Positions 28,862-38,009 are shown, counted from the first letter of the stretch. The stretch is DNA of 64,000 nucleotides from Actinophytocola sp. (GCF_049647105.1 NZ_JBARWZ010000147.1:10754-74753), one strand, 5' to 3'. The notes: a model not told the origin generated them from the letters alone. A program made the numbers and translations.

Positions 28862-29958
28862 GTGTGTGCGAGGCTCCGATCCCGGCGCATGAGCCAGATG
28901 AAGAACGGCGCGCCGAAGAGTGCGGTCAGGATGTTCAGCGGTAGTTCGTTCGGCGGGTCGACGGTCCGCGACAGCAGGTCGACGACCACCAGGTAGATCG
29001 CCCCGACCAGAGCGGCCAATGGCAGCAGCCTGCGGTGGTCGACGCCGAAGGTGAGCCGGACCAGGTGGGGCACCATCAGGCCGACGAAGCCGATGCCGCC
29101 CGCGACGGCGATCAGCACGCCCGCGATCAGTGAGCTGAGCAGGATCAGGAGCAGCCGCAGCCGTTTGACGTCGATGCCCAGCGCGGTCGCCGACTCGTCG
29201 CCGGTGACCAGCGCGTTGAGCTGGCGGCCGTACAGCGTGAGCAGCAGCGTCGATGCGATGACCACGACCCCCGCCACGTGCAGATGCTCCCAGTGCGCAC
29301 CGGAGACGCTGCCCAGCAGCCAGAACATGATCTGGCGCATGTTGTTCGGCTCGGTCTGCAACTGCAGGAAGTTCGTGGCCGAGGTGAACACGTAGCTCAC
29401 CACGACCCCGGCGAGCACCAGCCGCACCGGGTTGAGCTTGCCGCCCTGCTGGCCGAGCATGAACACCAGGCCGACGGCGAGCATGGCGCCGAGGAACGCG
29501 GCCCCGGACACACCGAGACCGCCGAGCGCACCAGCGCCGAGCGACATGACCGTCACGGCGCCGACCGACCCGCCCGCCGACACCCCGAGGATGAAGGGGT
29601 CGGCGAGCGGGTTGTTCACGAGCGCCTGCAGCACCACCCCGGTCACCGCGAGCCCCGCGCCCGCGAGGGCGGCGAGCAGCACCCTCGGGATCCTGAACTC
29701 CCAGATGATCTGGTCGTGGGCCGGGTTGACCTCACCGCCGAAGATGTGCGCGCTCACGATCCGCCAGCTGTCGCCGAGCGAGAACGTGACCGAGCCGATC
29801 GCGGCGGCCGCCAGGATCACGACGACCAGGAGCGCGCCGAGGACGACAAGCGACACCGGCAGCGGCACCGCGTGCAGTGGCGCGGGCCGCGCCCCCGACC
29901 GGCTCGCCTTGGCGAGCGATCGGGAGGCGGTGCGCCTGGTGATCGGGGTGGCGGTCAT
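28858..29958 (-). CDS. FecCD-family ABC permease (siderophore/metallophore import)
   Basis: ATG 29958 shares one base with the upstream stop (TGATG). The protein is polytopic, with a typical FecCD C-terminus (NILTALFGAPFFIWLM). Confidence 0.9.
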   Translation of the reverse strand: MTATPITRRTASRSLAKASRSGARPAPLHAVPLPVSLVVLGALLVVVILAAAAIGSVTFSLGDSWRIVSAHIFGGEVNPAHDQIIWEFRIPRVLLAALAGAGLAVTGVVLQALVNNPLADPFILGVSAGGSVGAVTVMSLGAGALGGLGVSGAAFLGAMLAVGLVFMLGQQGGKLNPVRLVLAGVVVSYVFTSATNFLQLQTEPNNMRQIMFWLLGSVSGAHWEHLHVAGVVVIASTLLLTLYGRQLNALVTGDESATALGIDVKRLRLLLILLSSLIAGVLIAVAGGIGFVGLMVPHLVRLTFGVDHRRLLPLAALVGAIYLVVVDLLSRTVDPPNELPLNILTALFGAPFFIWLMRRDRSLAHT

Positions 29959-30989
29959 CAGAACGCTTCCGGGTGGAACGCCTTCGCGATCTCCTCGACG
30001 GCAATGGCGTTGCTGGGACCGAGGTAGATCGAGTCGGACAGGACGACGTAGCGCTTGTTCTTCGCGGCGTCCCACTGCGGGAACTGGCCGAACAGCGCCT
30101 TGGCGTCGGCGTCGGAGTCGGGCGACTGGAAGTTCACCACGATCAGCGCGTCGATGTCGGCCTTCGCGACCTGCTCCTTGCTGGGGTTGGCGAACATGTT
30201 CTCCGACGCGCCCGCGAACGCGTTGGTGACGCCCGCCTTCGCCATGATGTCGTTCCAGATGCCGTTGTCGCCGACGGAGCTGAACGGGTCACCCATCGCC
30301 ATGCCAGGGATGATCATCATCGCCTTCAGCTCGGGCTGGCCCTCGACCTTCTTCTCCACGGCCGCGATCCGGTCCTTCGAGTCGGCGACGATCTCCTCCG
30401 CCTTCTCCGAGACGCCGAAGATCTTGCCGAGGTCGCGCAGCATGTTGTAGCTGTCCTCGATGGTCGGCTTGTGGCTGACGGTGCCGACGTCACCACACGC
30501 GCTCTCCGGCGCGTAGGTGTTCGCGTTGATCTTCGCGAGGTCGTCGCGGGTGGCGAACCCGGCCTCGGCGCGGAACCCGCCGTCGTAGGTGGAGATCACG
30601 AAGTCCGGCGTGAGGCCGATCATCGCCTCACGCGGGATGTCCATCATCTCGTTCAGCTCGATGTCACCGGTCGGCAGCTTCTTGATCTCGTCGACGCGGC
30701 CGGGCACCTCCGAGTCGCCATAGGACTGCGCGTTGGCGACGATCTTGTCACCGAGCCCCAGCTCCAGCAGCGCGGACACCTCGGCGACCGAACCGCCGTT
30801 CATGACCACGACCCGGCTCGGCGCCTTGTCGTAGGTGTACTCCTTGCCGCAGTTGGTGATCGTCACCGGGTACGCGCTGTCCGTGGCCTGGTCCCCGGAC
30901 TCCTCGGCGGTGGTGGTCGTGGCGCACGCCGCCGTCGTGGCGAGACACAGTGCGCCGACTGCCACCAGGACAGTCCGCTTGATGCTCAT
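29958..30989 (-). CDS. ABC substrate-binding lipoprotein (FecB/TroA-like metallophore binding)
   Basis: Signal peptide with a lipobox-like LATTAAC. It has the periplasmic-binding-protein fold pattern of siderophore binders (VVVMNGGSVAE, PDFVISTY, LIVVNF). ATGA overlap with the MFS stop. Confidence 0.85.
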   Translation of the reverse strand: MSIKRTVLVAVGALCLATTAACATTTTAEESGDQATDSAYPVTITNCGKEYTYDKAPSRVVVMNGGSVAEVSALLELGLGDKIVANAQSYGDSEVPGRVDEIKKLPTGDIELNEMMDIPREAMIGLTPDFVISTYDGGFRAEAGFATRDDLAKINANTYAPESACGDVGTVSHKPTIEDSYNMLRDLGKIFGVSEKAEEIVADSKDRIAAVEKKVEGQPELKAMMIIPGMAMGDPFSSVGDNGIWNDIMAKAGVTNAFAGASENMFANPSKEQVAKADIDALIVVNFQSPDSDADAKALFGQFPQWDAAKNKRYVVLSDSIYLGPSNAIAVEEIAKAFHPEAF

Positions 30990-32476
30990 CGTGAGCTCCT
31001 CTGGGTGGTCGGGGCGGCAACCGGTGCCGGCGCCGCCGTGGATGGGTCTTCCGTTGGAGGTGTCTCTGCCGGGGTCGCGGGCAGCCGGTGCAGCCGCGCG
31101 TTCAGGAGGCTGGTTACGGTGGCGAGCACCGCGAGCAGCACCGCGGCGGCCGCGAACGCCGCCGCGCTGTCGTCGAACGGCACGCCGGGGTCGCCCGGGG
31201 TGGCGCCGAGCACGGTCCGGTACCAGGCCCCCGCCACGGCCACGCCGAGCGCGAGGCCGAGCTGGGTGACGGTCGTTGCCATGCCGGACGCGGCGCCAGC
31301 GTCAGCGGGCTCGACCCGGCTGAGGATCCCGGCGACGAGCGGGGTGACGACCATGCCCTGTCCTAGGCCCGCGAGTCCGATCATCACCGCGAGCAGCGCG
31401 GGCTGCGCGGACTGGGGCGCCTGCGTGATCGCCGCGCCCGCGAGCAGCACGGCGGCGACGGTGGCGCAGCCGAGGATCGGGATGGGTGCGCGCACCCGGC
31501 TGGTCAACCACCGGTTGGCCGCCGACGCGAGCGAGAACCCGACACCGAGCGGCACGAACATCAGCCCGGCGACGAACGGTTCCAGCCCGAGCCCGGTCTG
31601 CAGGTAGTAGGTGAACACCAGGAACAGCCCGGAGTTCGTGGCGAACAACGCGGCGACGGTCAGCAGGCTCAGCCGCATGCCCCGTGCGCGGAACACCCTC
31701 GGCGGGAACAGCGGGGCGCCGCCCCTGGCGAGCAGTCCGCGCTGCTGGATCGCGAGCACCGCGAACACCGCGACCGCGAGCGGCAGCCCGAGCCACAGCC
31801 ACGACGGGCCGCCAGGCCCGAAGATCAGCGGCACCAGCAGCGCGGGCAGCGCGACCGTGGTCAGCGCGGCACCCGCGAGGTCGAGGCGGCTCTCCCGGTT
31901 CGCGACGCCGGACGGCAGCAGCCTGCCCAGCGCGAGGATCGCGAGCCCGATCGGCACGTTCACGAGCAGCACCGGCCGCCAGCCGAGCCCGGCGATGTCC
32001 AGGTCGACGAGGATGCCGCCGCCCGCGATGCCACTGATCACGCCGAGCCCGATCACGACGCCGTACACGCTGACGGCCTTCGCGCGCTGCTCGGTGTCGG
32101 TCACGGTCGCCCGGATGATCGACAGGACCTGCGGCGCCATGAACGCGGCCGCGGCGCCCTGGGCGAACCTGGCCGCGATGAGCAGCTCCGCGTTCGGCGC
32201 GAGCCCGCACAGCAGCGAGGTCAGCGTGAACCCGGCGACGCCCAACAGGAACACGGTCCGGTGCCCGGCGCGGTCGCCGAGCCGCGCGCCGGTGATCAGC
32301 AGCGCGCCGAACGCGACCACGTAGGCGGCGCCGACGAACTGGATCTGGTCGAACCCGGCGTCGAGGTCGAGCTGGATCGACGGGCTCGCCACGTTCACGA
32401 TGAACCCGTCGACCTGGGTCATGAAGGTGGCGGCCAGGACGGTACCGAGGCCGAGCCATTCGCGGCGGCCGATCAT
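30986..32476 (-). CDS. MFS transporter, 14-TMS DHA2 (EmrB/QacA) type, probable exporter
   Basis: ATG 32476 follows GGAAAGGAAGG and overlaps the NRPS stop (ATGA). GARLGDRAGHRTVFL is the MFS motif A. Confidence 0.9.
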   Translation of the reverse strand: MIGRREWLGLGTVLAATFMTQVDGFIVNVASPSIQLDLDAGFDQIQFVGAAYVVAFGALLITGARLGDRAGHRTVFLLGVAGFTLTSLLCGLAPNAELLIAARFAQGAAAAFMAPQVLSIIRATVTDTEQRAKAVSVYGVVIGLGVISGIAGGGILVDLDIAGLGWRPVLLVNVPIGLAILALGRLLPSGVANRESRLDLAGAALTTVALPALLVPLIFGPGGPSWLWLGLPLAVAVFAVLAIQQRGLLARGGAPLFPPRVFRARGMRLSLLTVAALFATNSGLFLVFTYYLQTGLGLEPFVAGLMFVPLGVGFSLASAANRWLTSRVRAPIPILGCATVAAVLLAGAAITQAPQSAQPALLAVMIGLAGLGQGMVVTPLVAGILSRVEPADAGAASGMATTVTQLGLALGVAVAGAWYRTVLGATPGDPGVPFDDSAAAFAAAAVLLAVLATVTSLLNARLHRLPATPAETPPTEDPSTAAPAPVAAPTTQRSSR

Positions 32477-35400
32477 GACGCCTTCCTTTCCACACCGTGC
32501 GCACCGGCCAGCACCGCGCCGACCACCTCGAGCGCGTCCGCCTCGGTCATCCCGTGGTGCGTCGCGGCGACGTGGTACACGTCCATTCGTCCGTCCACAT
32601 GCGACTCCCAGGTCTCGGGGCCCGGCCACTCCGGGGGTTTGTCCCGCGTCGCCGCGAACAGGTGCACGTCGCAGGCGACGCGGCGGGGCGTCCACGAGGC
32701 ACCGATCCGGGCGCTGTGCGTGTATGCGCGGTACAGCCGGTCGAAGGCGCCGATCCCGTCGGCGTCGGGCACCATGGCGGCGAACTCGTCCTCGGTCGGC
32801 GGCGGCCGGTCCCGCATCGCGGCCGGGAACGGGAACGAGTCGAGCAACGCGAGCAGCGCGACCTCGTGGCCCTGTTCCTCAAGCTGTGCCGCGACCTCGT
32901 GTGCGACGAGCCCGCCGAACGACGCGCCGAGCAGGTGGTACGGACCGCTGGGCCGCACGGTCCTGATGTGGCGCACGAGTTCCTCGGCCACCTCCGCGAC
33001 ACCGGCGTGCCGGTCGGCACCGACGAGCTGCAACCCGTACAGCGGCCGGTCCGGCAGGCGGGCGAGCAGCCCGGCGTAGGACCACGCGAGCCCGGTGGCC
33101 GGGCTGACGCAGAACAGCGGCGGCCTGCTCCCGTTGGTGCGCAGAGGAAGCAACGTGTCGAACGCGCCTTCGTCGACGTGCGCGGTCAGCCGGGGGGCGA
33201 GCGTGGCGACCGTGGGCGCCTCGAACACCGCGCGGATGCCGAGGCGCACGCCGAACTCGGCACGGATCCGCCCGATGAGCCTGCCGACCAGCAGCGAGTG
33301 CCCGCCGAGGGAGAAGAAGTCGTCGTCGATCCCGATCGTCTCGATGCCGAGCAGCTCGGCGAACATCCCGCACAGCACGGCCTCGCGCCGGTCACGGGGT
33401 GGCCGCCCGGTGGTCAGCGCGGCCGGGTCGGGCGCGGGCAGCGCGGCGCGGTCGAGCTTGCCGTTGGTGTTGCGCGGCAACCGGTCCACCACGACGTACG
33501 CGGGCGGCACCAGGTAGTCCGGCATCCGCTGCGCGGCGTACTGCCGCAGGGTGGCCGGTTCCGGCGCGCTCTCACCGGGCACGACGTAGGCGACGAGCCT
33601 GCCGTCGCGGACGACGACCGCGCACTGCGCGACCGAATCGTGGCCGGACAGCACTTGCTCGACCTCGCCGGGTTCGATGCGGAAACCACGTACCTTGACC
33701 TGGTCGTCGGCCCGGCCGAGGAACTCCAGCGTGCCGTCCGGCCGCCACCGCGCGAGGTCGCCGGTGCGGTACATCCGCTCCCCCGGCAGGCCGAAGGGGT
33801 CCTCGACGAACCGTTCCGCCGTGATGCCGGGCCGCTCGTGGTAGCCGCGGGCGACCGGCGCGCCGGCGAAGTACAGCTCGCCGACCACGCCGGGTGGCAC
33901 CAGGTGCTGCGCCTCGTCCAGCACGTAGGCCCTGGTGTTGGCGATCGGGCGGCCCACGACCGGATCGGGGCTGTCGGCGACCCGGCAGTGCAGCGTGTCC
34001 ACCGTGCACTCGGTTGGGCCGTACAGGTTGTAGGTGGCGATGTCGGGCACCGCGCGCAGTGCCGTCCACAGCGCAGGGCCCGCCGCCTCGCCGCCGAGCG
34101 CGACCACCGAGGGGCGGTGCCTGCCCTCCGCCAGCAGCCCGGCCGTGACGAGTTCCTCGGCGTAGGTCGGGGTGATGTCGAGGAAGTCGATACGCCACTC
34201 GTCGATGTAGTCGAGCATCGCGGCGGGTTCGCGGCGCACGTCCTCGCCGACGAAGTGCAGCTCGTGGCCGTCGAGGAGCCACAGCAGGCCTTCCCACGAC
34301 GTGTCGAACGACAGCGAAGCGGACAGCGCGGCCCGGATGGTCCTGCCCTCGCTGTTCGGCCGGATCAGCGTGTCGCGGTGATGGTGGAACAGGTTGACGA
34401 GCCCACTGTGCTCGATCACGACACCCTTGGGGACCCCGGTAGAGCCGGACGTGTGGATCAGGCAGGCCGGGTTGCCGGGAATGAGCGGTGCGTGCCGTTC
34501 GCCGTCGGTGACGTTCCGGTCCGACAGCCCGTCGAGCCGGGTGGCGGTGGCCGGATCGTCGAGCACGACCACGCGCACCACGCCATCGGCGGCGGCCTCG
34601 GCGGCCTCCCGGAGCGCTTCGGTGGTGAGCAGTACCTCTGGCGCGCTGTCGGCGACGGTGAGCGCGATGCGCCGCGCCGGGTGGTCGGGGTCGATCGGCA
34701 CGTATCCCGCACCCGCCTTGAGCACCGCGAACAACGCGACGATCGCGTCCGCCGTGCGGGGCAGCAGAAGTCCCGCGTAGCACTCCGGCGCGGCGCCCTC
34801 CTCGACGAGCAGCCTGGCAAGCCGGTTCGCCCGCCGGTTCAGCTCGTCGAAGGTGAACGTGTCGTCGTCGGCGACCAGCGCGGTCCGGTCCGGCGTCGCC
34901 GCGGCCCGCTCCTCGAGCAGGTCGGGCACCGTCACCGGCGGCACGTAGCGCGTGGTGTCGTTCCACTCGGTCAGCAGGGTGCGCAGCTCGCCGTCCAGCA
35001 GCAGGTCGACGTCGATGACCGGGCCCGATGACGCGGCGGTGACGCGACGAAGGAAGGTCAGGAACCGGCGCAGGTGGGTGGCGACCTCGTCGGCGGTGTA
35101 GCAGTTCGGGTTGGCGTCCACGACGATCCGCAGCCCGCTGCCGTCCGCGCGGTCGTACACGTGCAGCACCAGGTCCTCCACCAGGCCCGCGCTGACGTTG
35201 TGCACCACACCGCGGTGCCCGGAGAAACGCAGGTCGTAGTCGAACGGCATGATGTTGACCGACGGGCCGAACAGTTTCCGTTCGCTGGCAACGAGTTTGA
35301 GGTCTCGGCGTAACTGCTCGTACCGGTAGCGCAGGTGCGGCCGCCCGGCTCGCAGCTCCCCGGTGACCTGCCTCGTGAGGTCGACGAGGCTCGCGCCGGG

Positions 35401-36312
35401 AGCCACCCGCAGCCACAGGGGGACCACGTTGGTCACCATGCACGGCACCCGCAGCGACACCGACCCGATGCGGGCCATCACCGGCACCGCGAACACCAGG
35501 TCGGTCGCGCCGGTCATCCGGTGCAGGTAGGCGGCGAACGTGGCGGTGAGCACCTCGCTCCACGTGGCGTCCGCGCCGGACGCGGTGTGCTTCAGCGCCG
35601 CGAGGTCCGCGTCGTCGAGATCGGCGCTCTCCCGCACGACGGTGTGTGCCAGCTTGCCGGACCGGGGCGCGAGCACCACCGGCACGGGTTTGCCCTCCGC
35701 CTTGCCCACCCAGAAGTCACGGTCCTCGGCGAAGCGCGGCGAGTCCAGGTACGCCAGGTCCTCGGCCACCACGTCGGCCAGCTCGCCGAAGCCGCTCGGT
35801 CCCGGCTCGGTGCCCGCCGCGAGCGCGGTGTAGACCTCCGCGACCCGCCGTGCGACGAGCGCAAGGCCGTAGCCGTCGAGTGCGATGTGGTGGACTCGCT
35901 GGTACCACAGGAAAAGTTCCGGTCCCGCCCGGAACAGGGTCTGCGCGAACACCGGGCCACGGCGCAGGTCCACCGGCACCGCGAGGTCCGCACGCATCCA
36001 CGCCAGCGCCGCGGCGACGGGATCGGTCTCCCCGGCCACGTCGACCACCGCCATCGTCCATTCCGGACAGCGGCCGGTCTCCTGCCATGCCTTACCGTCG
36101 GCGTCGGTGCCGAAACACAGCGACAGCGCGTCGGTCTCGCCGACGGCCGTGCGCACGGCCCGTTCGAACAGCGGAACGTCCACCGGGCCGCGGATCTCCA
36201 CGTACTCGGCGGTGTTGAAGGCGGGACTGTCCGGATCGAACTCCTGGCCGGTCCAGATGCCCTCCTGTGCGGTGGTCAGCGCGAGCCGCCGCACATCCTG
36301 GCGCTCACGCAT
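32473..36312 (-). CDS. Single-module NRPS, C-A-T-TE
   Basis: ATG 36312 overlaps the carrier-protein stop by 8 nt. C domain VHHIALDGYG. A domain [30 protein letters not shown] and NGKLDR. T domain FFSLGGHSLLVGRL. The C-terminal thioesterase has LLGASFGGLVAHE and a distal HHG. Confidence 0.93.
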   Translation of the reverse strand: MRERQDVRRLALTTAQEGIWTGQEFDPDSPAFNTAEYVEIRGPVDVPLFERAVRTAVGETDALSLCFGTDADGKAWQETGRCPEWTMAVVDVAGETDPVAAALAWMRADLAVPVDLRRGPVFAQTLFRAGPELFLWYQRVHHIALDGYGLALVARRVAEVYTALAAGTEPGPSGFGELADVVAEDLAYLDSPRFAEDRDFWVGKAEGKPVPVVLAPRSGKLAHTVVRESADLDDADLAALKHTASGADATWSEVLTATFAAYLHRMTGATDLVFAVPVMARIGSVSLRVPCMVTNVVPLWLRVAPGASLVDLTRQVTGELRAGRPHLRYRYEQLRRDLKLVASERKLFGPSVNIMPFDYDLRFSGHRGVVHNVSAGLVEDLVLHVYDRADGSGLRIVVDANPNCYTADEVATHLRRFLTFLRRVTAASSGPVIDVDLLLDGELRTLLTEWNDTTRYVPPVTVPDLLEERAAATPDRTALVADDDTFTFDELNRRANRLARLLVEEGAAPECYAGLLLPRTADAIVALFAVLKAGAGYVPIDPDHPARRIALTVADSAPEVLLTTEALREAAEAAADGVVRVVVLDDPATATRLDGLSDRNVTDGERHAPLIPGNPACLIHTSGSTGVPKGVVIEHSGLVNLFHHHRDTLIRPNSEGRTIRAALSASLSFDTSWEGLLWLLDGHELHFVGEDVRREPAAMLDYIDEWRIDFLDITPTYAEELVTAGLLAEGRHRPSVVALGGEAAGPALWTALRAVPDIATYNLYGPTECTVDTLHCRVADSPDPVVGRPIANTRAYVLDEAQHLVPPGVVGELYFAGAPVARGYHERPGITAERFVEDPFGLPGERMYRTGDLARWRPDGTLEFLGRADDQVKVRGFRIEPGEVEQVLSGHDSVAQCAVVVRDGRLVAYVVPGESAPEPATLRQYAAQRMPDYLVPPAYVVVDRLPRNTNGKLDRAALPAPDPAALTTGRPPRDRREAVLCGMFAELLGIETIGIDDDFFSLGGHSLLVGRLIGRIRAEFGVRLGIRAVFEAPTVATLAPRLTAHVDEGAFDTLLPLRTNGSRPPLFCVSPATGLAWSYAGLLARLPDRPLYGLQLVGADRHAGVAEVAEELVRHIRTVRPSGPYHLLGASFGGLVAHEVAAQLEEQGHEVALLALLDSFPFPAAMRDRPPPTEDEFAAMVPDADGIGAFDRLYRAYTHSARIGASWTPRRVACDVHLFAATRDKPPEWPGPETWESHVDGRMDVYHVAATHHGMTEADALEVVGAVLAGAHGVERKAS

Positions 36313-36556
36313 CCAGGGCCGCCGGCTGCCGCGATGCCAAGAGGGTCGACCAGTGCTCCAGCGTCGGCTTCTCGGCCAGTTCCACGAAACTGACCGACAC
36401 CCCGGCTTCACGCCACCGCTCGAGAAGCGTCAGCAAGCGGACCGAGTCCATCCCACACTCGAAGAGGTTGTCCTGCTCGAAGGCCTCGTCCGGATTCCGG
36501 TGCAGCAATTCCGCGACATGTGCGCGAATCACCTCCGGCGTCAACCGCTCTGCCAT
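36305..36556 (-). CDS. Free-standing acyl carrier protein (Rv0100/ScoB-like)
   Basis: 83 aa. The phosphopantetheine site is CGMDSVRLLTLL. The RBS GAGGGTGAGG precedes ATG 36556. Confidence 0.8.
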   Translation of the reverse strand: MAERLTPEVIRAHVAELLHRNPDEAFEQDNLFECGMDSVRLLTLLERWREAGVSVSFVELAEKPTLEHWSTLLASRQPAALDA

Positions 36557-36596
36557 CCCTGCCTCACCCTCAGTGCGGAGAATTCACGGGCGCGGC

Positions 36597-36618
36597 GGGC
36601 GCGACCGAAGTCGCGCCC
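36597..36618. other. 9-bp-stem GC hairpin (gggcgcgac-cgaa-gtcgcgccc) in the dioxygenase/ACP spacer
   Basis: Perfect stem with a 4-nt loop. No U-tract follows in the direction of transcription, so it is not a canonical intrinsic terminator. Confidence 0.5.
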
Positions 36619-36649
36619 ACCGAACTCGATCCCTGGCCCGAGGTTTCCA

Positions 36650-36693
36650 TAGTGGACTGGAATTCCATCGGCAGTGAACTGGAATTCCGTCGG
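36650..36693. repeat. Two tandem 22-bp units each containing GGAATTCC (tagtggactggaattccatcgg / cagtgaactggaattccgtcgg)
   Basis: Direct repeat read in the 153-bp, lower-GC gap between the ScoE-like and ACP genes. A candidate operator or internal promoter element. Confidence 0.6.
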
Positions 36694-36709
36694 TGCCCCG
36701 CTTGAGCCG

Positions 36710-37582
36710 TCAGGCGGCCGCGTCGTTGTCGTACACGGTCACCCGGTAGGAAACAGCGGGCTCCGGCGTGGCGGTGTGCAGAGCACGGTGGACGAGGGTG
36801 CGGTTGTCCCACACCAGCATGTCGCCCTTCTCGAAGGTCTGCAGGTGAATGTTCTCGTGCTCGTAGGTCCGGTCCAGCTGCCCGGAGGAGGCCAGCAGCT
36901 CCTTCAGCAGGTCCGCACGGTCGTTGCCCTTGGCGTCCTGGACGGAGAGGGTGAAGCCCTCGCTGACGTACAGGATGGTCTCGTCCGTGAACGGGTGCTT
37001 GACCGCGGTCGCGTCCGTCACCGGCGGCGTCTTGGCGTTGACCTCCTCGATGATCTCCGAGATCGGCCGGTAGACGTCGGTCGGGCGGATCTTGAAGTAC
37101 CGCAGCACGCTGTGCGTCGCCGTGGTGTCCTTCACGATCTCCTTCAGCTCCGCCGACAGCTGCTCGTAGGCCGCTGCCATGTTGATGAAGTACGTGCCGC
37201 GGTTCTTCGTCGGCACCACCTGCGGGTAGATCAGCGTGAGGTCGAACGGACGGGGCATGAACTGGTAGTCGGAGTGCCAGAACTTGCCGGTCTTCGGCAC
37301 GCCGACCTGGCGGCCGTCCTCCTCCTTCACGTTGGAGGAGACGAAGACCTCCTTGACCTCCGGGTGGTGGTAGACCGGCTCGTAGTACTCGGCAACCTCG
37401 CCCATGCTCTTGCCCAGCGCCAGGAACTGCTCCGGGTCCAGGTCCTGGTTCTTCAGCACGGCGATCTTGTTGGTGTAGACGGCTTTCTTCAGCTCAGCGA
37501 TGTCCTCGGCCGAGGCCGTCGCCGCGTTGAAGCCCTCGACGACGACGCCGAACTTCTTGCCGACCTGCGGGGTAATTTTCAT
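36710..37582 (-). CDS. TauD/TfdA-family Fe(II)/2-oxoglutarate dioxygenase, Rv0097/ScoE-like isonitrile synthase
   Basis: ATG 37582 lies 7 nt after AAGAGGA, giving 290 aa; the track start at 37663 is an extension. [66 protein letters not shown] and [15 protein letters not shown] line up block for block with my recollection of Rv0097. Confidence 0.88.
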   Translation of the reverse strand: MKITPQVGKKFGVVVEGFNAATASAEDIAELKKAVYTNKIAVLKNQDLDPEQFLALGKSMGEVAEYYEPVYHHPEVKEVFVSSNVKEEDGRQVGVPKTGKFWHSDYQFMPRPFDLTLIYPQVVPTKNRGTYFINMAAAYEQLSAELKEIVKDTTATHSVLRYFKIRPTDVYRPISEIIEEVNAKTPPVTDATAVKHPFTDETILYVSEGFTLSVQDAKGNDRADLLKELLASSGQLDRTYEHENIHLQTFEKGDMLVWDNRTLVHRALHTATPEPAVSYRVTVYDNDAAA

Positions 37583-37689
37583 GAGTAGTCCTCTTGGATA
37601 TGACAGTGGAGAGCAGTGACGTCCAGTACGCGGACCACATGAGAAGCGAACGCCGTTGTCCATGATTTCTTCATAGCGGTCTCGTGTAA

Positions 37690-37718
37690 GTAGTCGTACC
37701 GGAAGATCCAGTGGTTCC
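37690..37718 (-). promoter_or_regulatory. Candidate ECF-type promoter GGAACC-N16-CGACTAC(T) for the isonitrile/NRPS/transport operon
   Basis: The minus strand reads gggGGAACCactggatcttccggtaCGACTACTtacacgag. The -35 is at 37718-37713 and the -10 at 37696-37690. It lies about 100 nt upstream of ATG 37582. The -35, spacing and 8-nt -10 block are identical to 27210-27239. Confidence 0.6.
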
Positions 37719-37932
37719 CCCGATTCAGCGAATTATGGCGAACCAATTCAAAATTCACCGCTCCACCACCAGAGACTTACCACCCGATTACCACACAATG
37801 CCCCGAAGGTGCCTCACACGGCGCCGGACAGGCACAATGCCCCGAAAGCGCCTTTCAGGACGTTGAACGTCCCAAAAGCGGCTTTCGCAACACCAACCAT
37901 GCCCCGCCATCCCATCGACCTGGCAACGCCCG

Positions 37933-38009
37933 ATCACACCGTGTCAAGGGGGCACCAACCACCCAAACCCGCGCCACACGCTGGAACCGCCCCCTTGACA
38001 CGGTGTGAT
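37933..38009. repeat. Perfect 20-bp inverted repeat (atcacaccgtgtcaaggggg / cccccttgacacggtgtgat) with a 37-nt spacer
   Basis: Read directly: arms at 37933-37952 and 37990-38009. It lies in the 600-bp gap upstream of the isonitrile operon promoter. Confidence 0.7.
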
